From contig NC_043003.1 of NCBI RefSeq assembly GCF_006345805.1, positions 116,374,001 through 116,438,000 on the forward strand: a stretch of 64,000 bases of DNA. Reading direction: 5' to 3'. Shown here piece after piece: positions 11,473 to 24,039 of this stretch; within the stretch, counting starts at the first letter, position 1, and the number at the start of each line of letters is the position of its first letter. Below the pieces are notes generated by a model that was given only the letters and a program-made list of their open reading frames with translations, was not told the DNA's origin and searched no databases. Source of the DNA: Octopus sinensis (lineage: Eukaryota). The position numbers and the translations under genes were made by a program.

Positions 11473-12318
11473 TAGGCGCAGACGTAGATGTGGTGTAAGA
11501 GGTTTGCCTTCCAACCACATGGTCCAAGGTTCAGTCCCAGTGTGTGGCACGTTGGGCAGGTATCTTCTACTATAGCTTCGTGTAGACGGAAACTGAAAGA
11601 AGCTCGTTATATATATGTGTGTGTGAGTGCGTGTATGTGTTTGTGTGCGTGTGTGTGTGTGGTTGTCCCGCATCAGCTTAGCAACCAGTGTTAATGTTCT
11701 TAAGTTGCCGTAAAGTAGCCGTTCGAAAAAATAAACGGAATGGTTAGGTACCAGGCTTACAGAGAAATAAGTACAAGGGCCGAGATGTTCGAGAAAAATT
11801 CTTCAAGGCAGTGCCCCAGCATGGCCGCAGTCGGATCTTTTCGGTTTGAACGGCAGTTTTTTGCTAGCGGTGTTATATGAAATTGTTACCCATAATTATG
11901 ACCCTAGAATCGATCTATTGCTTTTCAATCTCTTTTAGGGTTAGGGTTAGTTAGGGTTAGGTTTAGGGTTAGGGTTAGGGGTGGGGGAAGAGTATCTTTT
12001 TTTCTTCACAAATGTAAATAAACTGAATCTGTTTCGTAAACGAGGGACATATTCATACGGCACAGAATTCTTTTTAACTCAATAGACGTCAGTGATTGGT
12101 TGAAATTGCAGAAAATGAAGAAATAAAAACAACAAATATCTTACAAACTATAGAATTTTCTCAATAAAGCCAAGAGAAAAAGATGTTTTATAAACACATT
12201 CTACCAGTATACGAAGTTAAAAATTTTTTTAGTTACCTAGAAATTATGTTAAAAACTGCCGTTCAAACCGAAAAGATCCCCGCAGTCTAATAACTGATAT
12301 AGTTAAAAGGTAAAAACT
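11473..12318 (+). mobile_element. Diverged SINE group B interrupted by a MITE
   Basis: Head ..GGTTCAGTCCC..GGCACGTTGGGCAGG..GACGGAAACTGAAAGAAGC, central (TA)/(TG) tract, tail split at CCGCAGTC. Confidence 0.8.
11833..12279. mobile_element. Merlin-like MITE, copy 2 (opposite orientation to copy 1)
   Basis: TIRs GGATCTTTTCGGTTTGAACGGCAGTTTTT / AAAAACTGCCGTTCAAACCGAAAAGATCC; TSD CCGCAGTC at 11825-11832 and 12280-12287; ~7 TTAGGG-like units. Confidence 0.95.
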
Positions 12319-12885
12319 GGTACAAGCAGTGAAATGTACAGCAACCAACGTTGCCTTATTGATATTTCACCTCCACCGCGTTAGACATTTTCTCCTCACA
12401 CAAAACTAGGTCGATAAAAACCTGCCAATTAAACCAATTCATTTCTGATAAAGACAACTTCCTGCCAGAAAGGTGTGGATGACATACAGTTTTATGTGTG
12501 CTCCCTTATAAATTTGTCGCTTTGTGTCTGAATACAAAATAAAATCAATAGACACGTGTCGAGTTACTCAGCTGTATCCTATCTTTTCGAGAAGGAAGTC
12601 GTTTCAAGTCCAGAGCAATCAATAAACCAGATGCAACTAGCTGAGATTGTACATGAAGGATGGCTCTGTGAAGCCGGGCTCTGACCTACTTCAGGTTTAC
12701 TCATAAACCACGTGACGCTGTGTGCCTTTCGTTTATGAAGGTTCAGTGTATGTTATGCCTGAAGGTTCTGTCACTGATTCTCTCAATCTCTCTCTATCTC
12801 TCTTTCGATATACGCACGTATAAACGCATACACATGTATGTGCAGACACAGATTCCTACATAAATACACCCGCAACAGAAGCACA

Positions 12886-12920
<35 letters not shown>

Positions 12921-13329
12921 CCACATATATAGGTGCGTGTGTGTGTGTGCCTTTGCGTCTGTTTTTATCCGCAACCTCCACTGCTTGGCAACCGGTGTTG
13001 GTGTGTTTACCTTGACGTTCGGCAAAAGAGACTTCCTTGAAGAATTTTTAGTAAGCTGATTCGGCTTGAGTACGTACTTTTTAAGCCTGATAATTATTCT
13101 GCCGAACAACTAAGTTACAGGGACGCAAACACACCAACACGGGTTGTCATGGGGTGTTGGAGGAGAAACTGAAACACAAAGCACAAACATACATACATAC
13201 ATGCGATGGCCGTCCACTCGTGATCGAGAAAGACCATTGCTGACCTTCAGGAACATTGTGCGCTCTAGGACTAACTTATATTTTGCATTTGCGGCTCCAT
13301 TGTTGGCTAATGAGCCCTGCCCTTGACAA

Positions 13330-13870
13330 GCATACATGACTGCAAACATTGCGAACCAAGTTTTTCCCCATTCACTACACCAGCAGTTGTGCTTTCGAGT
13401 AGCACTCTTAAGTTCTTCATGCTGAATACATGCTCTCTCAAAAGTGTTGACCCCACTTCCTTAACCTGCTTCCTCCATTTGTGGCGATGACAGGCATTGT
13501 TCTCCCAGTCAGTCTCTTGTATATCACAGGCCTTTAATGAGGACTTGACACAGTCCTTAAATCGCAGCCATGGTTTCTGCCGGGGTCTCTTTACATTCAC
13601 AAGTTTCCCATATAGCATCTGCTTAAGAATTCTGCTATCCTTCATTCTAATAAGGTGTCCAATCCAACGTAACTGGTGTTTGTGCATCATCGCCTCAATA
13701 CTCAAGATATCAGCTGAATTCAGGAGTTGTGTGTCTGGAGTTTTTAAGGTCCAGTCAACATTCAGAATGTGTCTGAAACATCTCTAATAAAACCGTTCAA
13801 GGACCCTTACATGACGTTTGTAAAGGGTGCATGTCTCATATGAGTAAAGGAGTGATGTCAGTACACATGC
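13330..13870 (-). mobile_element. RTE (BovB-like) LINE 3' fragment
   Basis: SIEAMMHKHQLRWIGHLIRMKDSRILKQMLYGKL..RQKPWLRFKDCVKSSLKAC..W..ACHRHKWR, the typical RTE C-terminal LRWxGHxxRM...KQxLYG motif. Confidence 0.9.
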
Positions 13871-14349
13871 ACAGTATACAGCAATTTTTGTTTGCCTTGT
13901 GATTCTATGCTGGGATCAGATACGAGACGGAAGAGACCGGAAGGAATCAGTTGCTCTCTGCAGCCTGAAACATACATACATACATACATACATACATACA
14001 TACATACATACATACATACATAATACAAACATACATACAGACATACATGCATACATACATACATTCATACATACGCACATATACTTACACATACACACAT
14101 ATATAATGTCACAATGAGGATTTTTAAAGCTCTTATAGAGATATTTTATCTACGATAAATTGGTTTGATATAATATATTTTGAAGACAGATTTCTACCAT
14201 GAATATATTGTATAAAATATCGTAAACTATCTAACATCATTGTCGAGTTAGAAAACAGAGAAACGCAATGGATACAAATTAATTTATTAATTAATCAACA
14301 TGTTTACCTACAATTGTTTCATTTCACAAACAAAATTTAAATTACAATG

Positions 14350-14405
<56 letters not shown>

Positions 14406-14495
14406 TATAATTTTACATTTTAAATAACTTTGCATTGCACAAAGGACAATACGAGGATTACATACGTTCGGAACACTCGGATTATATATCTATAA

Positions 14496-14700
14496 TCTTT
14501 TATCTGTTTCAGTCATTTTGACCGAGGCCGTGCTGGAGCACCATCTTTAGTCGAACAAGTCGACCCCAGGACTTATTTTTTTGTGAGACCGGTACTTATT
14601 CTATCGGTCTCTTTTGCCTTGCCGCTAGGTTATGGGGACGGAAATATACCAGCATCGGTTATCAAGCAACGGTGGGGGGATAACTACAGACTCACAAACT
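14496..14700 (-). mobile_element. SINE group B, 3' half (5' half at 16205-16356)
   Basis: TGTTTCAGTCA..GCTGGAGCACC..TTTAGTCGA..CCCCAGGACTTATT matches the B tail in reverse. Confidence 0.85.
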
Positions 14701-14905
14701 TACCATACATCCATATAGTAGTAGTAGTAGTGTCCAGCATATATATATATAAAATAAATATAAGAGAGTGGTCACTATATGGCTCACTCTAGCACCAGTT
14801 AATCCAAAAGGTTTCAACCACAAAAATACATGTTTCCCATGAAAGTCAGTACGATTGTTAGCTCACACGGACAGGGCAAATAAAAAATAACAAAAATACA
14901 GATTA

Positions 14906-14987
14906 TTTTGGGACAATTGTTTCGCTATTAATGAATTAAATGTAATTTTACTTACAAAAAAATCCACTTGTAGCTCCTCAGCCAAAA
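14906..14987 (-). ncRNA. Type I hammerhead ribozyme, canonical core
   Basis: TTTTGG CTGAGGA GCTA-(43 nt)-TAGC GAAAC AATT GTC CCAAAA: stem I 6 bp, stem II 4 bp, palindromic mini stem III, GUC site. Confidence 0.85.
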
Positions 14988-15652
14988 CTAACTGGATGAA
15001 ATCCACTCAATCACACGCCAGATTTTACCATAACGATAAATACACGTGTGGTTCAATTGATTACATCCGACGTTATAATTCAAATGCCCCAACTAACAGC
15101 GCGCCAAATTTTCACGGAAAACAAATACAGCATTTATAAATAAATGCAGCATAATTATAATTAATTAATAAGGGTGAGAGAATTAGATACTAATTTAATA
15201 GTATATCTATTCTACACCAAGTGGCCTAGTGCTCCGAGAAACCTGGATTATTATAATATTTTATAATATATTATAATATTTTTACAAAATAAATATAAGA
15301 GAGTGGTCACTATATGGCTCACTCTAGCACCAGTTAATCCAAAAGGTTTCAACCACAAAAATACATATTTCCCATGAAAGTCAGTACGATTATCCAGGTT
15401 TCTCGGAGCACTAGGCCACTTGGTGTAGAATAGATATAATATTAAATTAGTATCTAATTCTCTCACCCTTATTAATTAATTATAATTATGCTGCATTTAT
15501 TTCTAAATGCTGTATTTGTTTTCCGTGAAAATTTGGCGCGCTGTTAGTTGGGGCATTTGAATTATAACGTCGGATGTAATCAATTGAACCACACGTGTAT
15601 TTATCGTTATGGTAAAATCTGGCGTGTGATTGAGTGGATTTCATCCAGATAG

Positions 15653-15734
15653 TTTTGGCTGAGGAGCTACAAGTGGATTTTTTTGTAAGTAAAATTACAT
15701 TTAATTCATTAATAGCGAAACAATTGTCCCAAAA
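15653..15734 (+). ncRNA. Type I hammerhead ribozyme, canonical core (inverted-arm copy)
   Basis: TTTTGG(15653-15658) CTGAGGA(15659-15665) GCTA..TAGC GAAA(15717-15720) CAATTGTC, predicted cleavage after C15728, CCAAAA(15729-15734). Confidence 0.85.
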
Positions 15735-16010
15735 TAATCTGTATTTTTGTTATATTTTATTTGCCCTGTCCGTGTGAGCTAACAATCGTACTGACTTTCA
15801 TGGGAAACATGTATTTTTGTGGTTGAAACCTTTTGGATTAACTGGTGCTAGAGTGAGCCATATAGTGACCACTCTCTTATATTTATTTTGTAAAAATATT
15901 ATAATATATTATAAAATATTATAATAATCCAGGTTTCTCGGAGCACTAGGCCACTTGATGTAGAATAGATATACTATTAAATTAGTATCTAATTCTTTCA
16001 CCCTTATTAA

Positions 16011-16128
<118 letters not shown>

Positions 16129-16204
16129 CTGTGTGTGTGTGTGTATAAATACACCTATCCATAAATTCATGTATGTATACATATATATATATATATATAT
16201 ATAT

Positions 16205-16356
16205 TCACAAGCGGCTTCTTTCAGTTTCCATCAGCCAAATCCACCCACAAGTATTTGGTCGGCTCAATGTTACAATAGAAGGCACTCGACCATTATTTCA
16301 CGAAGTGGGACTGAACCAGAGACCATTTAGGCGAGAGATAGTGACACAGCCACACC
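16205..16356 (-). mobile_element. SINE group B, 5' half
   Basis: GCTTCTTTCAGTTTCC..AAATCCAC.CACAAG..GTGGGACTGAACC..CACAGCCAC is the B head in reverse. Confidence 0.75.
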
Positions 16357-16514
16357 GGACCTCATTTCTTCTTCAAATAGTTTGATATTTTAGAACATCG
16401 TCGAAGTTGATGGAAGGGATCTATGACCAAACAAAAGGGATTCCTGGATATTCCATTTTTTTTCTGAGATTCTATACCTAGGACTGCATTCGCTGGTGAA
16501 TATAAATTAACCAT

Positions 16515-16868
16515 TAAGGGCAGCGATTTTGCAGAAGCGTAGACACGCCGGGCGAAATGCTTAGCGGAACCGTGTTCAAGGGTTTACCACTTACAATAGG
16601 TGGCTACGAGAGAGAACCATTTGAAGAGAGAAAATTGGTACTTATTTAATCGACCCCGAAAGGATGAAAGGCAAAGTCGATCTCGGCGGAATTTGAACTC
16701 AGAACGTAGCGGAGGACGAAATACCTATTTCTTTATTACCCACAAGGGGCTAAACACAGAGGGGACAAACAAGGAGAGACATAGGTATTAAGTCGATTAC
16801 ATCGACCCCAGTGCGTAACTGGTCGATAAATTAAGTACCTTGTTTGTCCCCTCTATGTTTAGCCCCTT
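16515..16868. mobile_element. Rearranged cluster of SINE group C fragments
   Basis: Plus head 16515-16568; minus tail-to-body fusion 16636-16823; plus deleted tail 16824-16868. Confidence 0.8.
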
Positions 16869-17056
16869 TAAATATAAACTAACCACTCTTTTGAAGCAGG
16901 TAGGAACTGATTTTAGGAGAATTTGGTTGTTTCGAGTTGAAAGTTAATAGATCTGTATTTCGTTGATTCTATGTCCGCAAAATTAATGGAGAAATATCAA
17001 GCGAAGAAGATTGGCTACTGTTTTGTTGTTAGGTAGATAAATAAACCTCATTGGCA

Positions 17057-17072
17057 GGTGGTGGTGGTGGTG

Positions 17073-17120
<48 letters not shown>
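17057..17120. repeat. (GGT)n(AGT)n microsatellite
   Basis: Direct reading. Confidence 0.95.
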
Positions 17121-17374
17121 AAATGTGATGTGGCTGTGATATTTGCGGCGACGATGTGTAATATAGTTACTATTCCTACTTAACGAAAAGAGAGGACGAG
17201 TAACGAAAGCCAACTGGTGACTCACACACTTCCTGTTTGGCTGCTGTTCTTCTGTTGCTTTCATCTCATTCAATTGCAAATACTAAAGCGTCTGCGGGAA
17301 GAAAAGCTAAAATCAGCCAAGCATGGCAACCACCACTCATTCACTTTTATAACTCAGTCAGCTTTTCACTGGAC

Positions 17375-17389
17375 ATTACTACTACTACA

Positions 17390-17438
<49 letters not shown>

Positions 17439-17705
17439 TTACTGCTAATACGACTACTATTGCTACTACAACTACTACTACTATTACTACTACTACAACT
17501 ACTACTACTGCCACTGCTTCTACTACTACTACTACTAAAACTACTGTTACTATTACTACTACTACAACTACTACTACTGCCACTTCTGCTGCTGCGGTTG
17601 CTACTACTACTACTACTGCCACTGCTTCTACTACTACAACTACTACTGCCACTTCTACTACTACTACTACTACTACTAAAACTACTGTTACTATTACTAC
17701 TACCA
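17375..17705. repeat. Compound (ACT)n microsatellite with internal higher-order duplication
   Basis: CCACTGCTTCTACT..AAAACTACTGTTACTATTACT block recurs. Confidence 0.95.
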
Positions 17706-17889
17706 GGGGCCATCCGGCTCACAAGGTGTAAGATGGCAAATTTGTCTCTCACTTGTGTACGATTCAGCCTACAGGTTCATGCTCTGAGTAAACTCATGCT
17801 AAGCGTAACTTCACTCTCTGAGGACTTGCCCGCAGCATTTTCTTGCTTTTCAACAAATTTACTCGTTAGTAACATCTCCCCCTCCACTC

Positions 17890-18125
17890 TTGCGAAGAAT
17901 GGGCACTGACTGTATATACCTTGATTTCGCTAAGGCGTTTGATGAGATTGGTAATGGAATCATCTGCCCTAGGCTAAGGGATCTTGGTATCACAAGAAAA
18001 GTTGGAACATGGCTCTTTGACTTCCTCAGAGTAGGAATCAATCTGTTACTTCAAATGGTTTTCTCTCTTCAAATGGTTCTCTCTCATAGCCACCTATTGT
18101 AACCCTTGAACACGGTTTTAGGGCC
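17890..18125 (+). mobile_element. CR1-like LINE RT fragment
   Basis: DCIYLDFAKAFDEIGNGII..LRDLGITRKVGTWLFDFL (xDFxKAFD motif). Confidence 0.8.
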
Positions 18126-18132
18126 ATTATTG

Positions 18133-18520
18133 GGGAGCTGGCAAATCGTTAGTACGCTGGACGAAATGCCGGGCGAAATGCGTAGCCGTATTTCGACTGC
18201 CGTTACGTTCTGAGTTCAAATTCCGCCGAGGTCGACTTTGCCTTTCATCCTTTCGGGGTCGATTAAATAAGTACCAGTTACGCACTGGGGTCGATATAAT
18301 CGACTTAATCCGTTTGTCTGTCCTTGTTTGTCCTCTCTGTATTTAGCCCCTTGTGGGTAGTAAAGAAATAGGTATTTCACCCGTCATAAGTTCTGAGTTC
18401 GAATTCCGCCGAGGTCGACTTTGCCTTTCATCCTTTCGGGGTCGATGAAATAAGTACAAGTTGAACACTGGCGCCGATGTAATCGACTCATCCCCTCCTT
18501 CAAATTTGTGGCAAAATTTG
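18133..18520 (+). mobile_element. SINE group C: well-preserved copy fused tail-to-body with a more diverged copy
   Basis: Tail TAAAGAAATA(18370) is followed by GGTATTTC and a second, diverged core. Confidence 0.9.
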
Positions 18521-18640
18521 AAAAAAATCTTCATCGTCATTGTTATGGGAGAATTCTGAGCAGCCCCACGTGATTGAATGTAGACTGACCGATTACAAGA
18601 AATAAGAACTGATTAAACGTTTAGGGACGTAGTTGACAGT

Positions 18641-18743
18641 GTTAGTTCAACATGCGTTGGTTTTCCGTGTTAGTTCAACGGGTGTTGGTTTTCCGTGTTA
18701 GTTCAACATGCGTTGGTTTTCCGTGTTAGTTCAACGGGTGTTG
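18641..18743. repeat. 28-bp minisatellite in A-B-A-B order
   Basis: GTTAGTTCAACATGCGTTGGTTTTCCGT alternates with GTTAGTTCAACGGGTGTTGGTTTTCCGT. Confidence 0.95.
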
Positions 18744-18939
18744 ATTTAACAGTCAGTAGTTGAACAGTGAATAGGGAGTATAATACCTACGTTCGAATAC
18801 TACGGAGTGCGTTCTGTGTTTACATATATTTTTGCGATAGCTTATTTTAGATAACCACAGCCAACTATTGTGTGTATTTATACACACACACACATACCAC
18901 ATATATAAATATATATATATATATTATATATATATATAT

Positions 18940-18980
<41 letters not shown>

Positions 18981-19034
18981 ATACTTATATATATATATTT
19001 ATATATATATTGGACGCTACTACTACTAGTATAT

Positions 19035-19190
19035 GAATGTATGGTAAGTAGCTTGCTTACTAACCACATGGTTCCAGCTTCAGTCCCAATGCGTGGCAAC
19101 TTTGGCGAGTGTCTTCTACTATAGCCTCAGGCTGACTAAAGCCTTGTCAGTGGATTACGTAGACGGAAACTGAAAGAAGCCCGTCGTATA
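19035..19190 (+). mobile_element. SINE group B 5' half
   Basis: GGTAAGTAGCTTGCTTAC..TTCAGTCCC..GTGTCTTCTACTATAGCC..GACGGAAACTGAAAGAAGCCCGTCG. Confidence 0.85.
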
Positions 19191-19364
19191 TACATATGTG
19201 TGTCTGTGTGTGTGTGTGAGTGAGTGTGTGTGTGTGTGTATGCGTTTGTGCGCGTGTATATGTTTGTGAGTTTGTATTTACCCCCCCCCCACACACACAC
19301 AGACGTGCATACTCTTATCATAACAATCATTCTGTTAGCTTTAAGGTTACAAGTGCACTCGGCC

Positions 19365-20230
19365 AACTTGATGAGCTTCGCCAATGACAGACAAAGTGTC
19401 GAATGCTACCCAAATTCCAAAAGATACGATCACATTCCAATATGAACTAAACTTCATTTATCAGTGGACCGATAGAAAAAAATACGAAGTTTCATACAAC
19501 AAAATTTCAGGTCCTTCATTACGGAGGGACTACGTAAAAATCACATCTATTGACACCAGACAATATAAGGATTCAGAGCGTTTCTGACATCCGTGACTTG
19601 GGATCACGTCAAATGATGCTTCTGTCATCAGCCACATCACCAAACTGACCTCTAAATACAGACATCTTATCGGAGAGATCCCATGAACCTTCGTGACAAG
19701 AGAACGGGTTGTTAGGCTGCTTCTATGGAAAACCTTTGTTCTAAGCAGATTAGATTACACCTCACAGCTTCGGTTGCCAAACACATTTTGTCCCATACAA
19801 GAGATTGAAGGGTTACAAACAGCGTTCACCTATAAATTAACTTCGTTTAAATTATTTAATTAATGAGAACGTCTGAAAGCTTTGCGTTTCTACTCTCTTG
19901 AAAGCCGCTGTGTGAGATGTACTATCATACACGAATGGGAAATCCTGGTGGAGATTGTTCCAAACTTCGGCATAAAAGAAACTTTCAATGCACGAACTGG
20001 TAGAGAATGTCAGTTTCCAAATGAAACCTCTTCGAACTCACCTGCAAAAACACTCTATTCTACAAATCTCAAACGTTCACCTGTATAATTAAAGAAATCA
20101 GGAATATAAAAGGACGTCTACCGAAATATAAAAACGAATAAACATTGGATGAACTCATAACGACGGTACCGGACAAGCTAACCATTCTAGGAGACAACCC
20201 AGGAAAGACCAGCTGCAAACAAGCACAATC
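19365..20230 (+). mobile_element. CR1-like LINE RT C-terminal relic, heavily frameshifted
   Basis: Pieced frames give FAND.KV, RDLGIT, KTFVLSRLDY, ERLKAL..YSLE.R..I. Confidence 0.7.
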
Positions 20231-20339
20231 ATACGGCAACGTCTAACCATAAAGCGACAACAAAACTAGAAGGAAATAAATTCAGGTGATGCTCCAGTAT
20301 GGCCACAATACAGAAACATATAAAAGGACATGAAAGAAT

Positions 20340-20445
20340 GTATGTGTGTGTGTGTGTGTGTATACACTTATATATATAAATATATACATGCATGAATATA
20401 TATATGTATATATATATACCAACATGTATATATATATACATGCTG

Positions 20446-20517
<72 letters not shown>

Positions 20518-20532
20518 CTATCTATCTATCTA

Positions 20533-20566
<34 letters not shown>

Positions 20567-20586
20567 CTGTATATATATATGTATAT

Positions 20587-20645
<59 letters not shown>

Positions 20646-20758
20646 ATAATAATAATATTAGGGAGTAAATGATTTGCCTAATAGTGGTTTTAATCTCTAA
20701 TTTAATATATATAGTTATATATATGTGTGTGTGTATATATACATATATATACAGTATA

Positions 20759-20807
<49 letters not shown>

Positions 20808-20908
20808 ATATTTTTATATATATATATATCTGTTCGTATATATATATATTTACATACAGACACACGCACATATGCATATATATATGGACATATATATATA
20901 TATATCAA

Positions 20909-20954
<46 letters not shown>

Positions 20955-21358
20955 ACTGCATATGTGTATATCTGCATCTATATATTTCTGTTCGCGAGAG
21001 TATGCGTTTGTTTAGAACGTATGTTAATGAGTGTATGTGTATTTATGTGTCCGTGTGTGTGCGTGAGTGCTTGTGTCTGCGTCTACATTGTATGCTTGTG
21101 TCAGTTATATATTAATCGTGTTTGTCCAAGTATCAGATTCTATATATACACGCTGCAGGTGCATGGGTGTTGGGTGGCGTATGGAAGATATTGCAATGCA
21201 GTAATCAGATTTTAAAGTAAACACATCAAAGCTGATTAAGGTAGCCATCTTCCGCTTGTCAAAGCTGTTTACAACTGCTTAAGTTATCTCATGGACAAAT
21301 ACAAACCATTCCACTTTCGTCTCTGTCTACGTCTCTCTCTCTCTCTCTCTCTCTCTCC

Positions 21359-21389
<31 letters not shown>

Positions 21390-22170
21390 CTCCCTTGATC
21401 TCTCTCTCTCTCTCTCTTTCTCTCCCTCTCTCTCTCTCTCCCTCTCTCTCTTCCTATCGCTACATCTCTGTCTCTCTCTCTCTCTCTTTATCTCTGCACG
21501 CATTTCTGTATATCTATGTCCGTCCGAAGTGTCTTTTATTCATTTTCTTTTTATCCAATTATTTGAATACGCACATACACACACACGCACACGCGCGTAC
21601 ACACACACATACAAACAACACACACACAGACGCACGTGCACACGCACACTCACACGCACGCCCACACACACAATCACAAGCACACATATCCGGTTGCATT
21701 TATCTATCGATTTATTTAATTATATATCTCACTTTACTTCTATTCGACTATATATATATATACACATATATATATCTACTTATATTCATGTACATATATA
21801 TATTATATACATACATATATATCATATATATGCATACATACACACATGCATAGATACAGGCACACATATATACATATATTCATGTATACATATGTATATA
21901 GGTATTATATATATATATATTATACATATATATATATATATATACATACATACATATATATATATAAATATATATATATATGCATACATACATACATACA
22001 CACACACACACATATATATATATATACATTGTTGCATCATGTGCATGTATGTCTATATCCACATATATGTATATATATCCATATGTGTATGTGCATACAT
22101 ACACGCGCGCGTACACACACGCACACAGACATATTTATATATCTATATACATATATATATAACGTGTAGA
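20340..22170. repeat. Large compound microsatellite field (TA, TATC, TC, CA)
   Basis: Direct reading, with short unique islands. Confidence 0.9.
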
Positions 22171-22587
22171 TTTAATAAGTCCATTATCGTTTTACTTTGG
22201 CCATTTACACTCGGCCAAAATTGTTTCGTACTCTTTCTCGTCATTCCATCATTATGCAATCAACGAAGAGCACTATTGCGCTACTAACGATTATCGAGAG
22301 AGATACTCCTGTTTAAAAGCTCTCTCTAAGTGTCAGAAGAGACCAGATCGGCTTTTATATATTTGTTTATTTTGTGATCACCTCTGATTTTCAATTTGAT
22401 TTTGTATGAAATTTCAATGAGCTTCTTTTTCTTTTGCTTAACTCACACTGATTTACAGCTAACTTCGTCTATGTGGACGATGCCTATGTAGTCTATGTAG
22501 ATGAGGCCACAGGGGTCAGACTCTCTTGAATTTTGTCTGGCTGCGACCAAGAAAGACCAATACTGCGTAAAAAAAGGGTTTTTTTTA

Positions 22588-22814
22588 TTACTTTATTCTT
22601 TTACTTGTTTCAGTCACTTTGACTGAGGTCATGCTGGAGCACCGCCTTTAGTCGAGCAAATCGATCCCAGGACTATTTCTTTGTGAGCCTAGTACTACCT
22701 GTCTCTTTTGCCGAACCGCTAGGTTACGTGGGGGTAAACACACAACTATCTGTTGTCAAGCGATGTTGGGAGGCACATACTCACACATATGTATATCTAT
22801 CTATCTATCTATCC

Positions 22815-22896
<82 letters not shown>

Positions 22897-23050
22897 GACG
22901 GGCGCCTTTCAGTTTCTGTTTCCCAAATCCACTCACAAGGCTTTGTTTGGCACGAGATTAGAAGACACTTGCCCAAGGTGCCACGCAGTGGGACTGAATC
23001 CGGAACCATGTGGTTGGTAAGCAAGCTACTTACCACACACAGCCACTCTT
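22588..23050 (-). mobile_element. Near full-length SINE group B with central (TATC)n(TA)n tract
   Basis: Head, core, central microsatellite and tail all present. Confidence 0.9.
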
Positions 23051-23355
23051 GTGCCATTTATGCACATACAAACACTTGTTCATAGCTTTTCTCCAGAAAA
23101 ATGTAAATCAGAACATATTCTATTCAACGAAAGGTAAATTGGTACAATTCTTTATTCTCGCAGATCATTAATCCGTGTTATTTAGAAACTCTGGCCAGCA
23201 CTCCTAAGTAATTCTTTACATTATCTCGCAGAAAATTATTTCAAAACTTCAAAGACCTTCCTGCACGGTGTCTGGCATATCTCTAGAGATGTTACTGACA
23301 AATTCATTCTGTAGGCCTCTTTCAGTTATTTCTTTTGGCCCATCATATTTATGTA

Positions 23356-23411
<56 letters not shown>

Positions 23412-23489
23412 TGTGTGTGTGTGTGTGTATGCATGTGTGTGAAAGTGTCTTATTGTGTGTGTATGCGCATTTACGTATGTTTTATCTTT

Positions 23490-23700
23490 TACTTGTGTCA
23501 GTCATTAACCTGCGATCATGCTGCAACAGCGCGGTGAAGAATTTTTAAACAAATGAACCAACTCAAGAACTTTATTTTAATCCCGCTACTTATTCTAACC
23601 GTCCCTTTTGCCGAACCGTTAAGTTCCGGGTCGTAAATACACCAGCACAATTTGGTTGGGAACAAAAACAGACACAAAACACAAGCACGCACACATACAC
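23490..23700 (-). mobile_element. Diverged SINE group B 3' fragment
   Basis: GTCAGTCATT..CATGCTG..TTTTGCCGAACCGTTAAGTT..ACACCAGC. Confidence 0.6.
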
Positions 23701-24039
23701 ACACATACACACACGTATGTGTGTATGTACACTCCCAAAGCTTTGGTCTGCCTGAAGAAGACCATGTTTAGTAGAAGAACCATGTTTTGGGGAGATAATC
23801 TTCTATGCGTGTCCGTGTACACGTGTTTGTTATATTTATAACAGGAATTAAATCGGATCTATAGAATGAGGAACATTGTTGTATACAGTGCTCAGGTGCA
23901 GTACAACTAAAAAAAGAAGCCATCAGATGTACTGTTGGTGGATTTCAGGAAGCATGGAAGTATAATAGGGTATGGTATCTCCATAGCTAACTACTAATGC
24001 GGGTAGTTTATTCTATGCTTCAGCAATTCTGAGCGGAAA

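Noticed and set aside
11935-11990. TTAGGG tract as a chromosome end or fusion scar
   Set aside because: It is internal to a TSD-bounded MITE and recurs at the same position in the other copies.
17057-17705. Facing (AGT)n and (ACT)n tracts as a functional hairpin or element
   Set aside because: Complementary microsatellites occur often by chance here; no TSD or terminal motif.
17217-17909. 230-aa poly-L, poly-T, poly-S and poly-V ORFs (also 57600-58946 and 59960-60347)
   Set aside because: Trinucleotide microsatellites; no mucin-like or other coding context or splice support.
18641-18743. CRISPR-like repeat array
   Set aside because: No unique spacers, eukaryotic context and no cas genes; it is a minisatellite.
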